The notes under the pieces were generated by a model that worked only from the letters and a program-made list of their open reading frames with translations, did no database searches and was not told the DNA's origin. The position numbers were made by a program, and so were the translations under genes. Shown here in pieces: positions 45,568-55,573 of a DNA stretch of 64,000 nt. Each line of letters begins with the position of its first letter. Positions within the stretch are counted from its first letter, which is position 1. Location: the NCBI GenBank assembly GCA_023379805.1, contig JAMCPI010000012.1, positions 95,777 through 159,776 on the forward strand, written 5' to 3'. This DNA is from Nitrososphaerota archaeon. Lineage in GTDB: Archaea > Thermoproteota > Nitrososphaeria > Nitrososphaerales > JACPRH01.

Positions 45568-46050
45568 ATGGATCTGAAGGTATTGGGAAGTGTCCTGTCT
45601 GGGACTGGTGTTCTGCTGATTATTGCCACGAATATGTATATTGGGCTATTATCATACTATTACCTTAATCGTTGCTTGGACGTCGTTTGTCAGCCCTTTC
45701 TGAACAATTACTTCCTTAACATCACTATCTCCACATTCGTTTTCACAGCTGGTTGCACAATGCTTTTCCGTGGTGTTTGGTTACTTCAAGGCCGGCCGAA
45801 GAGAATTATTTTGGCAGCAGAAATAATTCCGCTGCTGATCGCCGTGTGTCTGTTTTTCGGTTCGATTATCCTTGGAAATATAGCGTTCGCGGGGCTGGGC
45901 CCGAATGCGTCTCTTCGCCCGCAAGCAAATACAACTATATTTTATGCTAGTATGCTAGGAATCCTTGCTCTGATATCATTCATAGTCAGTGTGACTCTTA
46001 ATGTCGCGATTCTTTTCAAAAGAAGAGCATATCGTCTACACTCATTATAG
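45568..46050 (+). CDS. Four-TM membrane protein
   Basis: 160 aa with four hydrophobic helices. No recognisable motif. Confidence 0.45.
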   Translation: MDLKVLGSVLSGTGVLLIIATNMYIGLLSYYYLNRCLDVVCQPFLNNYFLNITISTFVFTAGCTMLFRGVWLLQGRPKRIILAAEIIPLLIAVCLFFGSIILGNIAFAGLGPNASLRPQANTTIFYASMLGILALISFIVSVTLNVAILFKRRAYRLHSL

Positions 46051-46464
46051 GCTATAGGTAATTCTTCAATTCGATCACTGAACCTGCTCAGGAGTGAGCA
46101 TTACCGCCAGATACTATTTCCTGATCAATATCTTCTGACTCGGCAGCACACTTACGAACTGTCAATGATCCGAATCATCTCCAAAAACAACGGCTGGCTG
46201 ATGACTCCAGCCAAATAGGAGGAGAAGGTTATACTGTATAGAAAGTGATAGACTCCGCTGGGCTACCGCATTATAGGAATAAACCCAAATTACGCTTGAA
46301 CTATGACTAGAAAAAGAGTGAGAGGTGCTTTGTTTGCCGGCACCTATCGGCTGGAAGGAGTTTATACGTCAAAATAGTAAGATATAGTTGAGTTCGTACG
46401 GCAACGATTTTCACTTTTCCAAATAATATTCGATCCTCTCGCTCGATGACTCAGAGATGAAAGT

Positions 46465-47568
46465 ATGACCCTCCCTTCATCGGATAACCTTATCGGAAAA
46501 CAGCTTAGAGATTCCTATGGACGATACTCCGGGATCATCGTTGGAATTAACACGGATGAGTCTGGTAGTGTCTGCTCCATCGGTGTCGATGCTGGATGCA
46601 ACGGCTTCCAGACCATCGGTGTTGATCAAATCACCTTTGTAGACGATAACCCCGTCCTAGTATCAAACTGGAAGCTCAAGGCGGAAAGCCTCATCAAGAC
46701 CAGCGGCGCAGCCCAGAAGCGCATCCAAGCCCTCGAAGAGCTCCATAGAGAAGGCGAGATCAGCCAAACAGTCTACGAGCAGCTCATAAGCCGAAGCAAG
46801 GCTCAGTTCGACCTGTGCCTGAAAAACTGTGACGACGCAGTCGCTAGCCTTAACGAGAAAGCCACCGTTCTCCAGAATGAGCGAAACGTTATCTCAGCCT
46901 TCTTCGGTGTTCTAAAGCTTCAGCATCGGATACAGGAAATCGACGACTCCACATACAAATCAACCTCCGAGCATATTGAAAGCATTCTTCAACGTAACGA
47001 CAAAGAATCCAAGGACATCTCCGCAATACTAGACAGCCTAACGCTGCAGGAGCCGGAACCAGATGTGAGCGCGCCAGTAGCTGCTCCAACCCCTGATGAG
47101 ACTCCTGAGACAAACACCTGCGAACAGGCTGCAGAAGCAGTACCTTCTGCACCCGAGATGGTATCTGCCGCCACCTCCGATGCTACACCAACAACCGTCG
47201 AGGAGGTCGTCTCCGTCGATGCAGGCGCACAGGGCAGCGAAGTCGATGAAAACGTATATGTTGAGGACAATTCAACTTTAGGCTCTGAAATACCAATTGA
47301 GACCCCGGAGACGCTAGAAGCGCACACGGAGCCCGCGTCGAACGAGACCACAGACCTATCAGACCACATGCCGCTGGACGACTCAGTGCATGCGGAGGAA
47401 ACATCAGAAGCTTCTCAAACCGCATCTAGTGATATCGCTGACTCAGTGTCGTTTGAAACTACAGAGACGGCACCAGAATATGCCGCCGTGACCCCTGAAA
47501 AGGTCAACAAAACACCGAGCGATTCGGAGCAGTCAAGCGACGATAACACGGTCTGCCCAACCCAGTAA
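46465..47568 (+). CDS. cdvA: CdvA-like cell-division protein with long acidic C-terminal tail
   Basis: N-terminal PRC-barrel-like LIGKQLRDSYGRYSGIIVGINTDESGSV...IGVDAG..GFQTIGVDQI, then coiled-coil heptads (aa ~75-195) as I recall for thaumarchaeal CdvA, then ~170 aa rich in E/D/S/T/P. Confidence 0.65.
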   Translation: MTLPSSDNLIGKQLRDSYGRYSGIIVGINTDESGSVCSIGVDAGCNGFQTIGVDQITFVDDNPVLVSNWKLKAESLIKTSGAAQKRIQALEELHREGEISQTVYEQLISRSKAQFDLCLKNCDDAVASLNEKATVLQNERNVISAFFGVLKLQHRIQEIDDSTYKSTSEHIESILQRNDKESKDISAILDSLTLQEPEPDVSAPVAAPTPDETPETNTCEQAAEAVPSAPEMVSAATSDATPTTVEEVVSVDAGAQGSEVDENVYVEDNSTLGSEIPIETPETLEAHTEPASNETTDLSDHMPLDDSVHAEETSEASQTASSDIADSVSFETTETAPEYAAVTPEKVNKTPSDSEQSSDDNTVCPTQ

Positions 47569-48074
47569 TCCTACTGGGTTCTTCCCTTTTTGTTTTACCG
47601 GTTAGGCGCGTATAACAATGATGTCTCCCACATATTCTTCTCCGCTTCATCTGTTTAAGGAAGCTACAGATGTCTCTAAGCGTAGCAATCTTGAAATAAC
47701 AGAATCTTGACAGCGCTGATCAAGTGAACATAACATGTGCACAACATCACACAGCGAGAAAAAACATCTCAAAAAAGACGTAACGACAACAATCGTCTAT
47801 AGAGGGATGCCAACCAAACAGACTCCTGAATATGTGGTTGCAGAGTTCAGACGCGCATCGCATATAGCAAGCGCTCGAACAAGTTAGTCGGCTAGTTAGG
47901 AAACTAACTGTCTAACAACTACTTCTGTCAACCTAGTAAGAGATTGTTTGGCGTGTCCGAGTGAATTGGTGACTAGGGCGGTACCGTAATATTGTTGTTC
48001 TCCGCCCTCACCGTTACCCTCGGCTTCTGAGAAGAGAATTAACGAACACGTTTTCACGATTATTCTAACTTTAT

Positions 48075-48305
48075 ATGTTGGCAAATTATATGGGACTGTG
48101 TTTGTCATCTAGTTTAGACAGAATAGGTATTGTGCTCGTCGTGATCGGTGTGTCCGTTTGGGTTCCCTACATAGCGTTGCGGCTCACCGGGGCGTCACCC
48201 TCCATATTCCCATATCTGCCTATTCACCTCTTCAGCATAATCCCCGGCGCATTAATCAGGCAGCGTAGACGTGTTAAGAAGCTCGCGTCGTGGATGAACC
48301 GCTAA
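48075..48305 (+). CDS. Small two-TM membrane protein
   Basis: 76 aa with two hydrophobic helices and a basic tail. Confidence 0.3.
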   Translation: MLANYMGLCLSSSLDRIGIVLVVIGVSVWVPYIALRLTGASPSIFPYLPIHLFSIIPGALIRQRRRVKKLASWMNR

Positions 48306-48364
48306 ACAGCATCACCGGCCGACTAATTACTGCTCCTACTACCTGTGATGACTAACTATTCTTA

Positions 48365-49459
48365 CTAGATGGGTGAAGGCCTATAGGTGCAGTAAGGCTC
48401 TTCGCCTAAATAATTCTCCGATGCGCCTAGAGCTCTTGCGCGGCATCCTCCGCAGACTCTGCGGTATTCACAGGCTCCGCAGCGGCCTTCAAGCTTATCG
48501 TAGTTTCTCAGTGTTTGGAAGAGCGGTGACTCCTGATAGACTTCGCGGAAATGCTGTTTACGCACGTCTCCAGCTTCAAGGGGTAAGAAGCCGCAGCCGT
48601 AGACTCTACCGACGTGCGATATGAAGCAGAATCCGTTGCCAGCCATGCATCCTCTTCCGCCGAGGCGGCCTGCAGGCGCTCTTCCGTGAGCGTGGTCTCC
48701 AGCTGTGACCGGTGACTTGACACCCTTCTTCTTCTCGTTCTGGGTGATTATTCTCATGTAGTGCGGTGCACAGGTCATCTTGATCTGAATAGGCGTGGAA
48801 TGATTCCACTCGTAGATCTTGTCCAGCGTCGCCTCATACTCCTCCGGGGTGATCTCCATCTTGATCTTAGCTCGGCCGGTTGGTACCAACATAAAGACGT
48901 CCCAGTTCGTCGCTCCTAGCTTCACAGCTAGGTCTCGAATGTTCGGCAGATCCTTGATGTTGTGCTGCGTTACTGTGGTGTTGATCTGGAACGGCATTCC
49001 TTCGGCCCGCATAACTTCAAGGGTTGCCGTGGCTGTCCCGAAGGAGCCCTCTACCTTTCGGAAGCCGTCGTGAACCTTGGAGTTTGAGCCGTCTAGGCTG
49101 ATGGAAACCGCTTTTACCCCGTTCTCCTTCATTCTTCTGACTGTTTCAGGCTGGATGCGGCTTCCACTGGGTGACATAACTACTCTGAGTCCTTTTTTAT
49201 CCGCGTATTTGGCGACGTCGAAGATGTCCTTCCTCATAAGCGGGTCGCCGCCTGTGATGATGAAGACCGGTTTGGAGAATTCTGCTATTTGATCGACTAG
49301 TCTGTAGGCTTCTTGAGTAGTAAGCTGAGACGGATCGGGCTGCGTCTGAGCGTCTGCACGGCAGTGGACGCAGGCGAAGCGGCAAGCTCGGGTGGACTCC
49401 CAAGCTATGACGCGGGGAATCGGCTTACTACTATCGTTGCTGATGTTGCTTTTCATCAT
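48365..49459 (-). CDS. NirJ-like radical SAM/SPASM enzyme of the alternative heme pathway (AhbC or AhbD)
   Basis: 364 aa. CRFACVHC radical-SAM cluster motif and a C-terminal Cys-rich SPASM region (CGACEYRRVCGGC). Adjacent to ahbA/B-like genes. Confidence 0.75.
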   Translation of the reverse strand: MMKSNISNDSSKPIPRVIAWESTRACRFACVHCRADAQTQPDPSQLTTQEAYRLVDQIAEFSKPVFIITGGDPLMRKDIFDVAKYADKKGLRVVMSPSGSRIQPETVRRMKENGVKAVSISLDGSNSKVHDGFRKVEGSFGTATATLEVMRAEGMPFQINTTVTQHNIKDLPNIRDLAVKLGATNWDVFMLVPTGRAKIKMEITPEEYEATLDKIYEWNHSTPIQIKMTCAPHYMRIITQNEKKKGVKSPVTAGDHAHGRAPAGRLGGRGCMAGNGFCFISHVGRVYGCGFLPLEAGDVRKQHFREVYQESPLFQTLRNYDKLEGRCGACEYRRVCGGCRARALGASENYLGEEPYCTYRPSPI

Positions 49460-49497
49460 CTTTACTTGTTCAGTCTCCGCTCCGGTTGTTGTTCGTC

Positions 49498-50649
49498 TTA
49501 CGCTTTTAGTCCGATTTCTTGGTCGGTGAGGTAGCAGGCTGGGTCAGGTGCCCAGATGTCGTTGTATGTCGCTTCTGCTCTGACTCTGAAGTTGCCGTTG
49601 CAGATGTCTAGGAACCTGCACTGTGCGCATCTTCCTTTGAGCAGCTTCTTTCTGTTCCGCAGGTTCTTGAGCAGCGGCTCGGTTTCATCTGACCAGATGT
49701 CGCTGAACTTTCGCTCATGGATGTTTCCGACTGAGTAGTGCTGCCAGAACTGGTCTGGGTGCACATTTCCATGGAAGTCTATGTCTGCGAAGCCTAAGCC
49801 CGAGCTGTTTCCTCCGTTGAGTTTGAAGAGACGCATAGCCTCCTCAGCCTTCTTCGGATCTTCGTCAAGTAGCTTCAAGTAAATGTACGGTGCGTCGCAG
49901 TGGTTGTCAACTGTTAATACTTCGAGGTCGCTGTTCTTCTGACTGAGATCTTCAACTCTCTTCACCATGTTGTCGACGAAGCTCCTCGCCTCCTCATGTT
50001 TGAGATCCTCCAACCTTAGGTCAGCGGCTCGTCCTGAGTAGACTAGGTGGTAGAAGCAGACTCTTGGGATGCGTTCTCTTTCGATTAGGTCGAATATCCT
50101 GTAGGAGTCGGCGAGATTGTTCTTAGTTAATGTGTATCTGAGCCCTGTTCGAACTCCGTTAGAGAGGCAGTTTCTGATGCCTTTAACAGCCGCGTTGAAG
50201 GCTCCCTTCTGTGCTCTGAAGTGGTCGTTAGTCTCCTCAAGTCCGTCGAGGCTGATTCCTACGTACGAGAAACCTGTCTTCTTCAGAAGCTTCGCCTTCT
50301 CCTGTGTGATGAGTGTTCCGTTGGTTGACAGGACGATTCGTAACCCTAGATCCTTTGCTAGATTGGCGAGTTCGAAGAGATCCCGTCTCATTAACGGTTC
50401 TCCTCCTGAGAAGAGAAGTACTGGCGCCTCGAACTCTGCGAGATCCTTTATGAGCGCTTTACCCTCCTCAGTTGTCAGCTCGTTTGAGAAGGTCTTGCTG
50501 TCAGCCCTCGCGTAGCAGTGAATACAGTTTAGATTACACTGCTGGGTTGTGTTCCAAACGACGACCGGCCGCTTGTGAACACCTTCTCGGTATCGTAGAT
50601 GGTCTGAAGATCCCTCTAGCCCACACCAAGTCTTTGTGATATTAATCAA
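49498..50649 (-). CDS. NirJ-like radical SAM/SPASM enzyme of the alternative heme pathway (AhbC or AhbD)
   Basis: 383 aa. CNLNCIHC motif and a C-terminal CAQCRFLDICNG SPASM-like region. Confidence 0.75.
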   Translation of the reverse strand: MINITKTWCGLEGSSDHLRYREGVHKRPVVVWNTTQQCNLNCIHCYARADSKTFSNELTTEEGKALIKDLAEFEAPVLLFSGGEPLMRRDLFELANLAKDLGLRIVLSTNGTLITQEKAKLLKKTGFSYVGISLDGLEETNDHFRAQKGAFNAAVKGIRNCLSNGVRTGLRYTLTKNNLADSYRIFDLIERERIPRVCFYHLVYSGRAADLRLEDLKHEEARSFVDNMVKRVEDLSQKNSDLEVLTVDNHCDAPYIYLKLLDEDPKKAEEAMRLFKLNGGNSSGLGFADIDFHGNVHPDQFWQHYSVGNIHERKFSDIWSDETEPLLKNLRNRKKLLKGRCAQCRFLDICNGNFRVRAEATYNDIWAPDPACYLTDQEIGLKA

Positions 50650-50658
50650 ATCTTGCTT

Positions 50659-51189
50659 TCACCTCCTCTCCTTTATTCTTCTTTCTTTAATGTTGCCGGT
50701 ACCTTCAGAGATGATTCGGCCGTTGCTGGTCTTCTTGAATGCGCGTGTACTGAAGAGAAGCAGGTAGTCATTTATCTCTACTTGTCGACTCATCTCCTTC
50801 ACAAGCTTCTCAACAGTAGCTTTGTCATGCGCGTGAAGCACCGTGTAGAGGTTGTATGTCCATCTGCCCGGCACTGTGGAGCGGATGTAGCAGTGAGTCA
50901 CTCTTTCGTTGCCGGCGAAGAGTTCACCCACCTCCTCTATCCGTTCTTGAGGAACCTTCCAGGTCACCATTGCGTTGGCGACTACGCCGACCTTTCTGTT
51001 GTCGATTGACGCGGCGAAGCGTCTCAACACCTTCCTGTCGCACAGGCTCTTCAGCCTTTGGAGAACCTCCTCTTCATCTATGTTGAGGTGCTCAGCAATT
51101 CCCTTGAAGGGTTCAGCCACGAGGGGGATGCCGTTCTGGGCTTCCCGCAGCAACTCTACGTCAACTGTGTCCAGTTTAGTTGTTTCCAT
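50659..51189 (-). CDS. Siroheme decarboxylase subunit (AhbA/AhbB, NirD/L/G/H family)
   Basis: 176 aa. Lrp-like HTH plus the Ahb signature blocks LLREAQNGIPLVAEPF, LRRFAASIDNRKVG and VTHCYIR...YNLYTVLHA. Confidence 0.8.
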   Translation of the reverse strand: METTKLDTVDVELLREAQNGIPLVAEPFKGIAEHLNIDEEEVLQRLKSLCDRKVLRRFAASIDNRKVGVVANAMVTWKVPQERIEEVGELFAGNERVTHCYIRSTVPGRWTYNLYTVLHAHDKATVEKLVKEMSRQVEINDYLLLFSTRAFKKTSNGRIISEGTGNIKERRIKERR

Positions 51190-51191
51190 CG

Positions 51192-52484
51192 TTAATGCTT
51201 CTTCTCCTTTAGATCGAAGTTCACCTTAATCTTAAACAATCTCTCAGTCCGCAGGTTCAAGACATCTTCATCTGAGACTCCGGTTTTCGCCTGTATCTCC
51301 TTGAGGATTCTTGACAGTTCATCTTGGCTTGGCGCGGTGAGTGTGAACCACAGGTTATACTCATGGTTTCTCTCATAGTTGTGAGAGACCTCATCATACT
51401 GGTTGATGATGCTAGCTATCTCCTCGATTTGCTCCGGTGGCACCCGTACCCCCACTAGGGTTGAGGCTGTTAACCCCACTTTTCTCGCATCGATTATGGG
51501 GCCTATCTTCCGTATCATTCCTGCATCGCTTAGCCGTTTCAGCCGTCTCAGCACCTCGACGCCGCTTAACCCCAAGGTTCTTCCAATCTCATCCCAAGGT
51601 CTGGTCGTCAAGGGAACCGCCTTCTGCACCACATCGAGTATCTTGGTGTCAACGTCGTCGAGCGTGATTTTACCCTCTTCTTTCATGAAGTAGGCGTCCA
51701 CCGCGTTCATCATAGCATCAATCGTGTATTCCGAGGGTGTTACGTGAACCTCTACCCCGAGGCTCCTCAGAGTCTTCTCAGTAACCGGGCCTATTGATGC
51801 GACCAGCGTCTTCTCATTCAAAGCCTTTCTCAACCGGTCAGCTGCGCGGTAGGTGTCCGCTATGTGCATAAGGTTCTGGGCTGTGGCTGAGCTGGTAAAT
51901 GTGATGATGTCAACATCTCCCAGCAGAATATCTCTGATGAGATGCAGCACCTCAACAACATCTGAAGGTATCCTAGTTTCGTAAACGGGGAACTGGACAA
52001 CCTTCACCTGTCTCTCCGCAAGCTTCACGTTGAGGTAATCAGTCGGCTTATCAGTCCTCGGCAGCACAATAACCTTGCCGTCAAGATTAATCTGAAGAAG
52101 CGTATCGGCCAACCCGTCAGAACTGAAGTCCTCAGGGGTGATGTCTACCCGGATGCTCTGCTTCTCCAGCCGCGCCTTGGTCTTGCTGCCGATAGCGACA
52201 ACCTGCATCTTGCTAAGCGCCTTCAGCATCTTCTCCTTCACACCAAGCCGCTCAGCGAGGGCGACGAAGCTTGTTACCCCATTCTGGCTCATGAAGACGA
52301 TTAGATCTGCGCCGCCAGAGACTATTAGCTGTAAGGGCTCCCGCACCTCTTCTAGGTTTGAGACCGGTCCTATCTCAACTGTAGGCACGATCCGAGGCTT
52401 GCCTCCTAGCTTAGTCACTATCTGCGCTAGATCGTCAGCTTGGTGCTTCGGTCTGGTTATGACGACGGTTCTTCCTTCAAGCAT
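51192..52484 (-). CDS. Fusion protein: uroporphyrinogen-III synthase (HemD) + siroheme decarboxylase subunit (AhbA/AhbB)
   Basis: N-terminal HemD fold (RTVVITRPKHQADDL...VFMSQNGV...IITFTSSATAQN...ASIGPVTEKTL). C-terminal Ahb domain (ILDVVQKAVPLTTRPW...IRKIGPIIDARKVG...VSHNYERNHEYNLWFTL). The track start of 52526 overlaps cobA by 50 nt, so the M at 52484 is preferred. ATG 51686 sits exactly at the domain junction. Confidence 0.8.
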   Translation of the reverse strand: MLEGRTVVITRPKHQADDLAQIVTKLGGKPRIVPTVEIGPVSNLEEVREPLQLIVSGGADLIVFMSQNGVTSFVALAERLGVKEKMLKALSKMQVVAIGSKTKARLEKQSIRVDITPEDFSSDGLADTLLQINLDGKVIVLPRTDKPTDYLNVKLAERQVKVVQFPVYETRIPSDVVEVLHLIRDILLGDVDIITFTSSATAQNLMHIADTYRAADRLRKALNEKTLVASIGPVTEKTLRSLGVEVHVTPSEYTIDAMMNAVDAYFMKEEGKITLDDVDTKILDVVQKAVPLTTRPWDEIGRTLGLSGVEVLRRLKRLSDAGMIRKIGPIIDARKVGLTASTLVGVRVPPEQIEEIASIINQYDEVSHNYERNHEYNLWFTLTAPSQDELSRILKEIQAKTGVSDEDVLNLRTERLFKIKVNFDLKEKKH

Positions 52485-53247
52485 CTCCTTTACCATCTTC
52501 CCCTTCAAACCAGGACAGTTTTTCATGGAGGTTCACAACGTCTCCTACGACAATTATCGCTGGAGACTCAACCTTCTCAGACACAACTTTTGCAGCAATG
52601 TTTCCTAGGGTTCCTACTACTGTTCGCTGCTTGCTTGTAGCTCCCCACTCAATTGCGGCTGCAGGTGTTTTCTTGCTACGGCCACCTCGGATTAACGCAT
52701 CTGTAATCTTGTCCAGTCTACCGACACCCATCATCACCACAATTGTGTCAACGGCAGTGGCTAACTTCTCCCAGTCGACGCTGCTCTCATCTTTATCAGG
52801 ATCCTCATGACCTGTGACCGCTGCAAAGGATGAGGAGAAGCGTCTGTGAGTAACCGGTATCCCCGCGTACGCTGGGACAGCAATTGCAGAGGTGACCCCT
52901 GGGACAATTTCAAACTCAATCCCAGCAGCTTCAAGCTCCTCAGCCTCCTCGCCTCCTCTTCCGAAGAGGAAGGGATCGCCTCCCTTTAATCTCACAACTT
53001 TTCTACCCATCTGAGCCTGCTTAACCAGTATCTGGCTGATCTGATCCTGCGGAACCGTGTGGTCACCAGAGATTTTGCCGACGTAGATTCTCTCAGCTGA
53101 CTTTGGCACCAGATCAAGGATTTCAGGTGAAGCCAGCCGGTCGTAGACGACTACGTCAGCTGCCTTCAGCACTTTTACAGCCTTTACGGTAATGAGATCA
53201 GGGTCTCCCGGTCCTGCTCCTACGAGATACACTATGCCGCTACGCAA
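52477..53247 (-). CDS. cobA: Uroporphyrinogen-III C-methyltransferase (SUMT)
   Basis: 256 aa. [18 protein letters not shown]...[16 protein letters not shown]...VPGVTSA motifs. Confidence 0.9.
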   Translation of the reverse strand: MRSGIVYLVGAGPGDPDLITVKAVKVLKAADVVVYDRLASPEILDLVPKSAERIYVGKISGDHTVPQDQISQILVKQAQMGRKVVRLKGGDPFLFGRGGEEAEELEAAGIEFEIVPGVTSAIAVPAYAGIPVTHRRFSSSFAAVTGHEDPDKDESSVDWEKLATAVDTIVVMMGVGRLDKITDALIRGGRSKKTPAAAIEWGATSKQRTVVGTLGNIAAKVVSEKVESPAIIVVGDVVNLHEKLSWFEGEDGKGDA

Positions 53248-54157
53248 CTCTTCTCACCATCTCCACCACTCTTCCAGCTTCACGAAGCATCTCATCAGCA
53301 ACCCGTCCCCCTAACGCCTCGGGATCATCCGCATCGCCTGTGCGAACCAGATAGAAGCGTTCACTACCATCTGGGGCGACAACCATCGCATGAATAGTTA
53401 GAACGTCTCCTGCCAAACGGGCGACTGCTCCGATAGGCACCTTGCATCCTCCGCCAGTTTTTGCGAGAAAGACTCGTTCAGCCGTAGTCTCTACTCGACT
53501 AGGCTGATGATCGATTCTGCTGAAGATTTTCAGCAGATCCTTCCTATCCTTTCTAACCGTGACCGCAAGGGCTCCTTGACCGGGGGTCGGTGTAAAATCT
53601 TCAAGCGGCAGCCGTTTCATCTTGCTGTTGATTTCCAGCCGGTTCAGCCCCGCCTCAGCCAGCAGCACCGCATCGTAAAGTCCCTCGTCGAGTTTTCGAA
53701 GCCTGGTATCCACGTTTCCCCGGATGGGTTCTATCTTCAAATCGGGTCGCACATATCGGATCTGAGCCTCACGTCTGGGGCTTCCCGTGCCGATGGTGGA
53801 TCCAGCTGGGATATCCTGTATGCTGTATCCCTCCTTAGTCACAATAGTGTCGTGCGGTGACTCTCTGGGAGGAACCGCCGCAATGACAAGGCTTGGGTCG
53901 AAGTCGTTTGGGAGATCTTTCATGCTGTGGATGGCAAAGTCCACCTTCTCCTCAGCAACAGCTCGATTAACCTCCTTTTCGAAGACCCCTTCACTTTTTA
54001 TTGAGAGAATGTGTTGACCGGTTACAACGTCGCCGGTGGTCTTGATTATCTCCTTCTCAACCTCTAGATCTTTTACCGAGGCTTTGAGTCGTTGAATAAC
54101 GGTCTCAGCCTGAGTAAGCGATAGTTTGCTTCCGCGAAGCCCTACTACAATTCTCAT
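53240..54157 (-). CDS. hemC: Hydroxymethylbilane synthase (porphobilinogen deaminase)
   Basis: 305 aa. RGSKLSLTQA...IKTTGD...AIHSMKDLP...RGNVDTRLRKL...GGCKVPIG motifs. Confidence 0.9.
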   Translation of the reverse strand: MRIVVGLRGSKLSLTQAETVIQRLKASVKDLEVEKEIIKTTGDVVTGQHILSIKSEGVFEKEVNRAVAEEKVDFAIHSMKDLPNDFDPSLVIAAVPPRESPHDTIVTKEGYSIQDIPAGSTIGTGSPRREAQIRYVRPDLKIEPIRGNVDTRLRKLDEGLYDAVLLAEAGLNRLEINSKMKRLPLEDFTPTPGQGALAVTVRKDRKDLLKIFSRIDHQPSRVETTAERVFLAKTGGGCKVPIGAVARLAGDVLTIHAMVVAPDGSERFYLVRTGDADDPEALGGRVADEMLREAGRVVEMVRRVA

Positions 54158-54180
54158 ATCTTTACATTTCCACCTACTAC

Positions 54181-55485
54181 TTACTCTTCTCTTGACGTCT
54201 TGATTGCTGTGCCCATTGCTTCTAAGGTCATGTTCAGATCCTCATCTGTATGTGCGGTTGAGAGGAAGCAGGTTTCAAACTGTGATGGAGGTATGAACAC
54301 CCCTTTCTGCAGCAGATTCCTGTGGTATCTGCTGAACCGTTTTGTATCCGAAGTTTTTGCCGAAGCGTAATCTTTCACAGGTTTGCCTGTGAAGAATATC
54401 TGGAACATTGAAGCCACGTTGTTTACCTGCGCCTCTACTCCAGCATCACTAGCATAGTCTCGGAGACCTTTCGCCATTTTGTTGCCGTTCTTCTCCAGTC
54501 CCCCGTATATTTCGCGCCGCTTCTCCATTAGAATCTTCAGGACAGTTAGACCGGCTGTAACTGACACTGGGTTGCCGCTGAGAGTTCCAGCCTGATATAT
54601 AGGGCCTACTGGGGATATCTTTGACATTATCTCTCTCTTTCCTCCATAGGCGCCGATGGGGAAGCCTCCCCCGATGATTTTGCCAAGAGTCACTAAGTCA
54701 GGTTTTACCCCGTAGTATTCTTGGGCGCCTCCTAACGCTAGCCTGAAGCCTGTGATGACTTCGTCGAAAATTAGGACGATGCCGTTCCTCTCAGTGATTC
54801 TTCTAATCGCCTGCAGATAGCCTTTCTCAGGCAGAATTACCCCTGCGTTTCCGACGACCGGTTCAAGGATGACTGCTGCAATCTCGTTCTCCTCCTTCCG
54901 CACAGCCTCTTCGAAGGCTTCGACGTCGTTGTAGGGTAACACAACAGTGTTTTTCACAGTGTCACGGGGGACTCCTAGCGAGTCTGGTGAGCCGAAGGTC
55001 GCTGCACCTGAGCCTGCCTTAACAAGAACGTAATCATGGGCTCCGTGGTAGCATCCCTCAAACTTGACTATCTTGTCTCGACCAGTGTGGCCTCTCGCGG
55101 CTCGGATAGCATGCATAGTTGCCTCAGTTCCGCTGCTGATAGCCCGCATCATTTCGATGCACGGAACCGCTTTTGCAACGGTCTCAGCGAACTCTATCTC
55201 AAGCTCAGTGGGGGTACCGTACATTGTTCCGTCCTTCAGCTTCTCCTTGACCGCTTCTATGATTACAGGGTTAGCGTGGCCAAGAATTAACGGGCCGTAT
55301 GATAAACAGTAGTCGATGTAGGTTCTTCCGTCCACGTCAATGAGTTTTGAGCCTTCAGCGCGCGCGGTGAAGAACGGATACGGTGAGAAGGCTCTGACTG
55401 GGCTGTTAACTCCACCGGGTATTACTTTTTTAGCTCGTTCAAAGAGTTCCTTCGATCTTGTTTCCCTTATCTTCTGTTGAGTCAT
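54181..55485 (-). CDS. hemL: Glutamate-1-semialdehyde 2,1-aminomutase
   Basis: 434 aa. GGVNSPVRAF...SGTEATM...DEVITGFR...LGKIIGGG (PLP Lys) motifs. Confidence 0.9.
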   Translation of the reverse strand: MTQQKIRETRSKELFERAKKVIPGGVNSPVRAFSPYPFFTARAEGSKLIDVDGRTYIDYCLSYGPLILGHANPVIIEAVKEKLKDGTMYGTPTELEIEFAETVAKAVPCIEMMRAISSGTEATMHAIRAARGHTGRDKIVKFEGCYHGAHDYVLVKAGSGAATFGSPDSLGVPRDTVKNTVVLPYNDVEAFEEAVRKEENEIAAVILEPVVGNAGVILPEKGYLQAIRRITERNGIVLIFDEVITGFRLALGGAQEYYGVKPDLVTLGKIIGGGFPIGAYGGKREIMSKISPVGPIYQAGTLSGNPVSVTAGLTVLKILMEKRREIYGGLEKNGNKMAKGLRDYASDAGVEAQVNNVASMFQIFFTGKPVKDYASAKTSDTKRFSRYHRNLLQKGVFIPPSQFETCFLSTAHTDEDLNMTLEAMGTAIKTSREE

Positions 55486-55573
55486 CTACACTATCACACA
55501 CCAATTACTGTATTCTTTTCTATTTCCTTTTCCTACTTCTTTCTATTAGTTGGCTGTTTGTTTAACCACTGCC

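Noticed and set aside
47884-47917. Hairpin GTTAG..CTAGTTAG-gaaa-CTAACT..CTAAC in the 500-nt gap after cdvA, plus ORF 47896..48108 on the minus strand.
   Set aside because: It is a single unconserved hairpin. The ORF has no motifs or start context, so there is not enough evidence to call an RNA or a gene.
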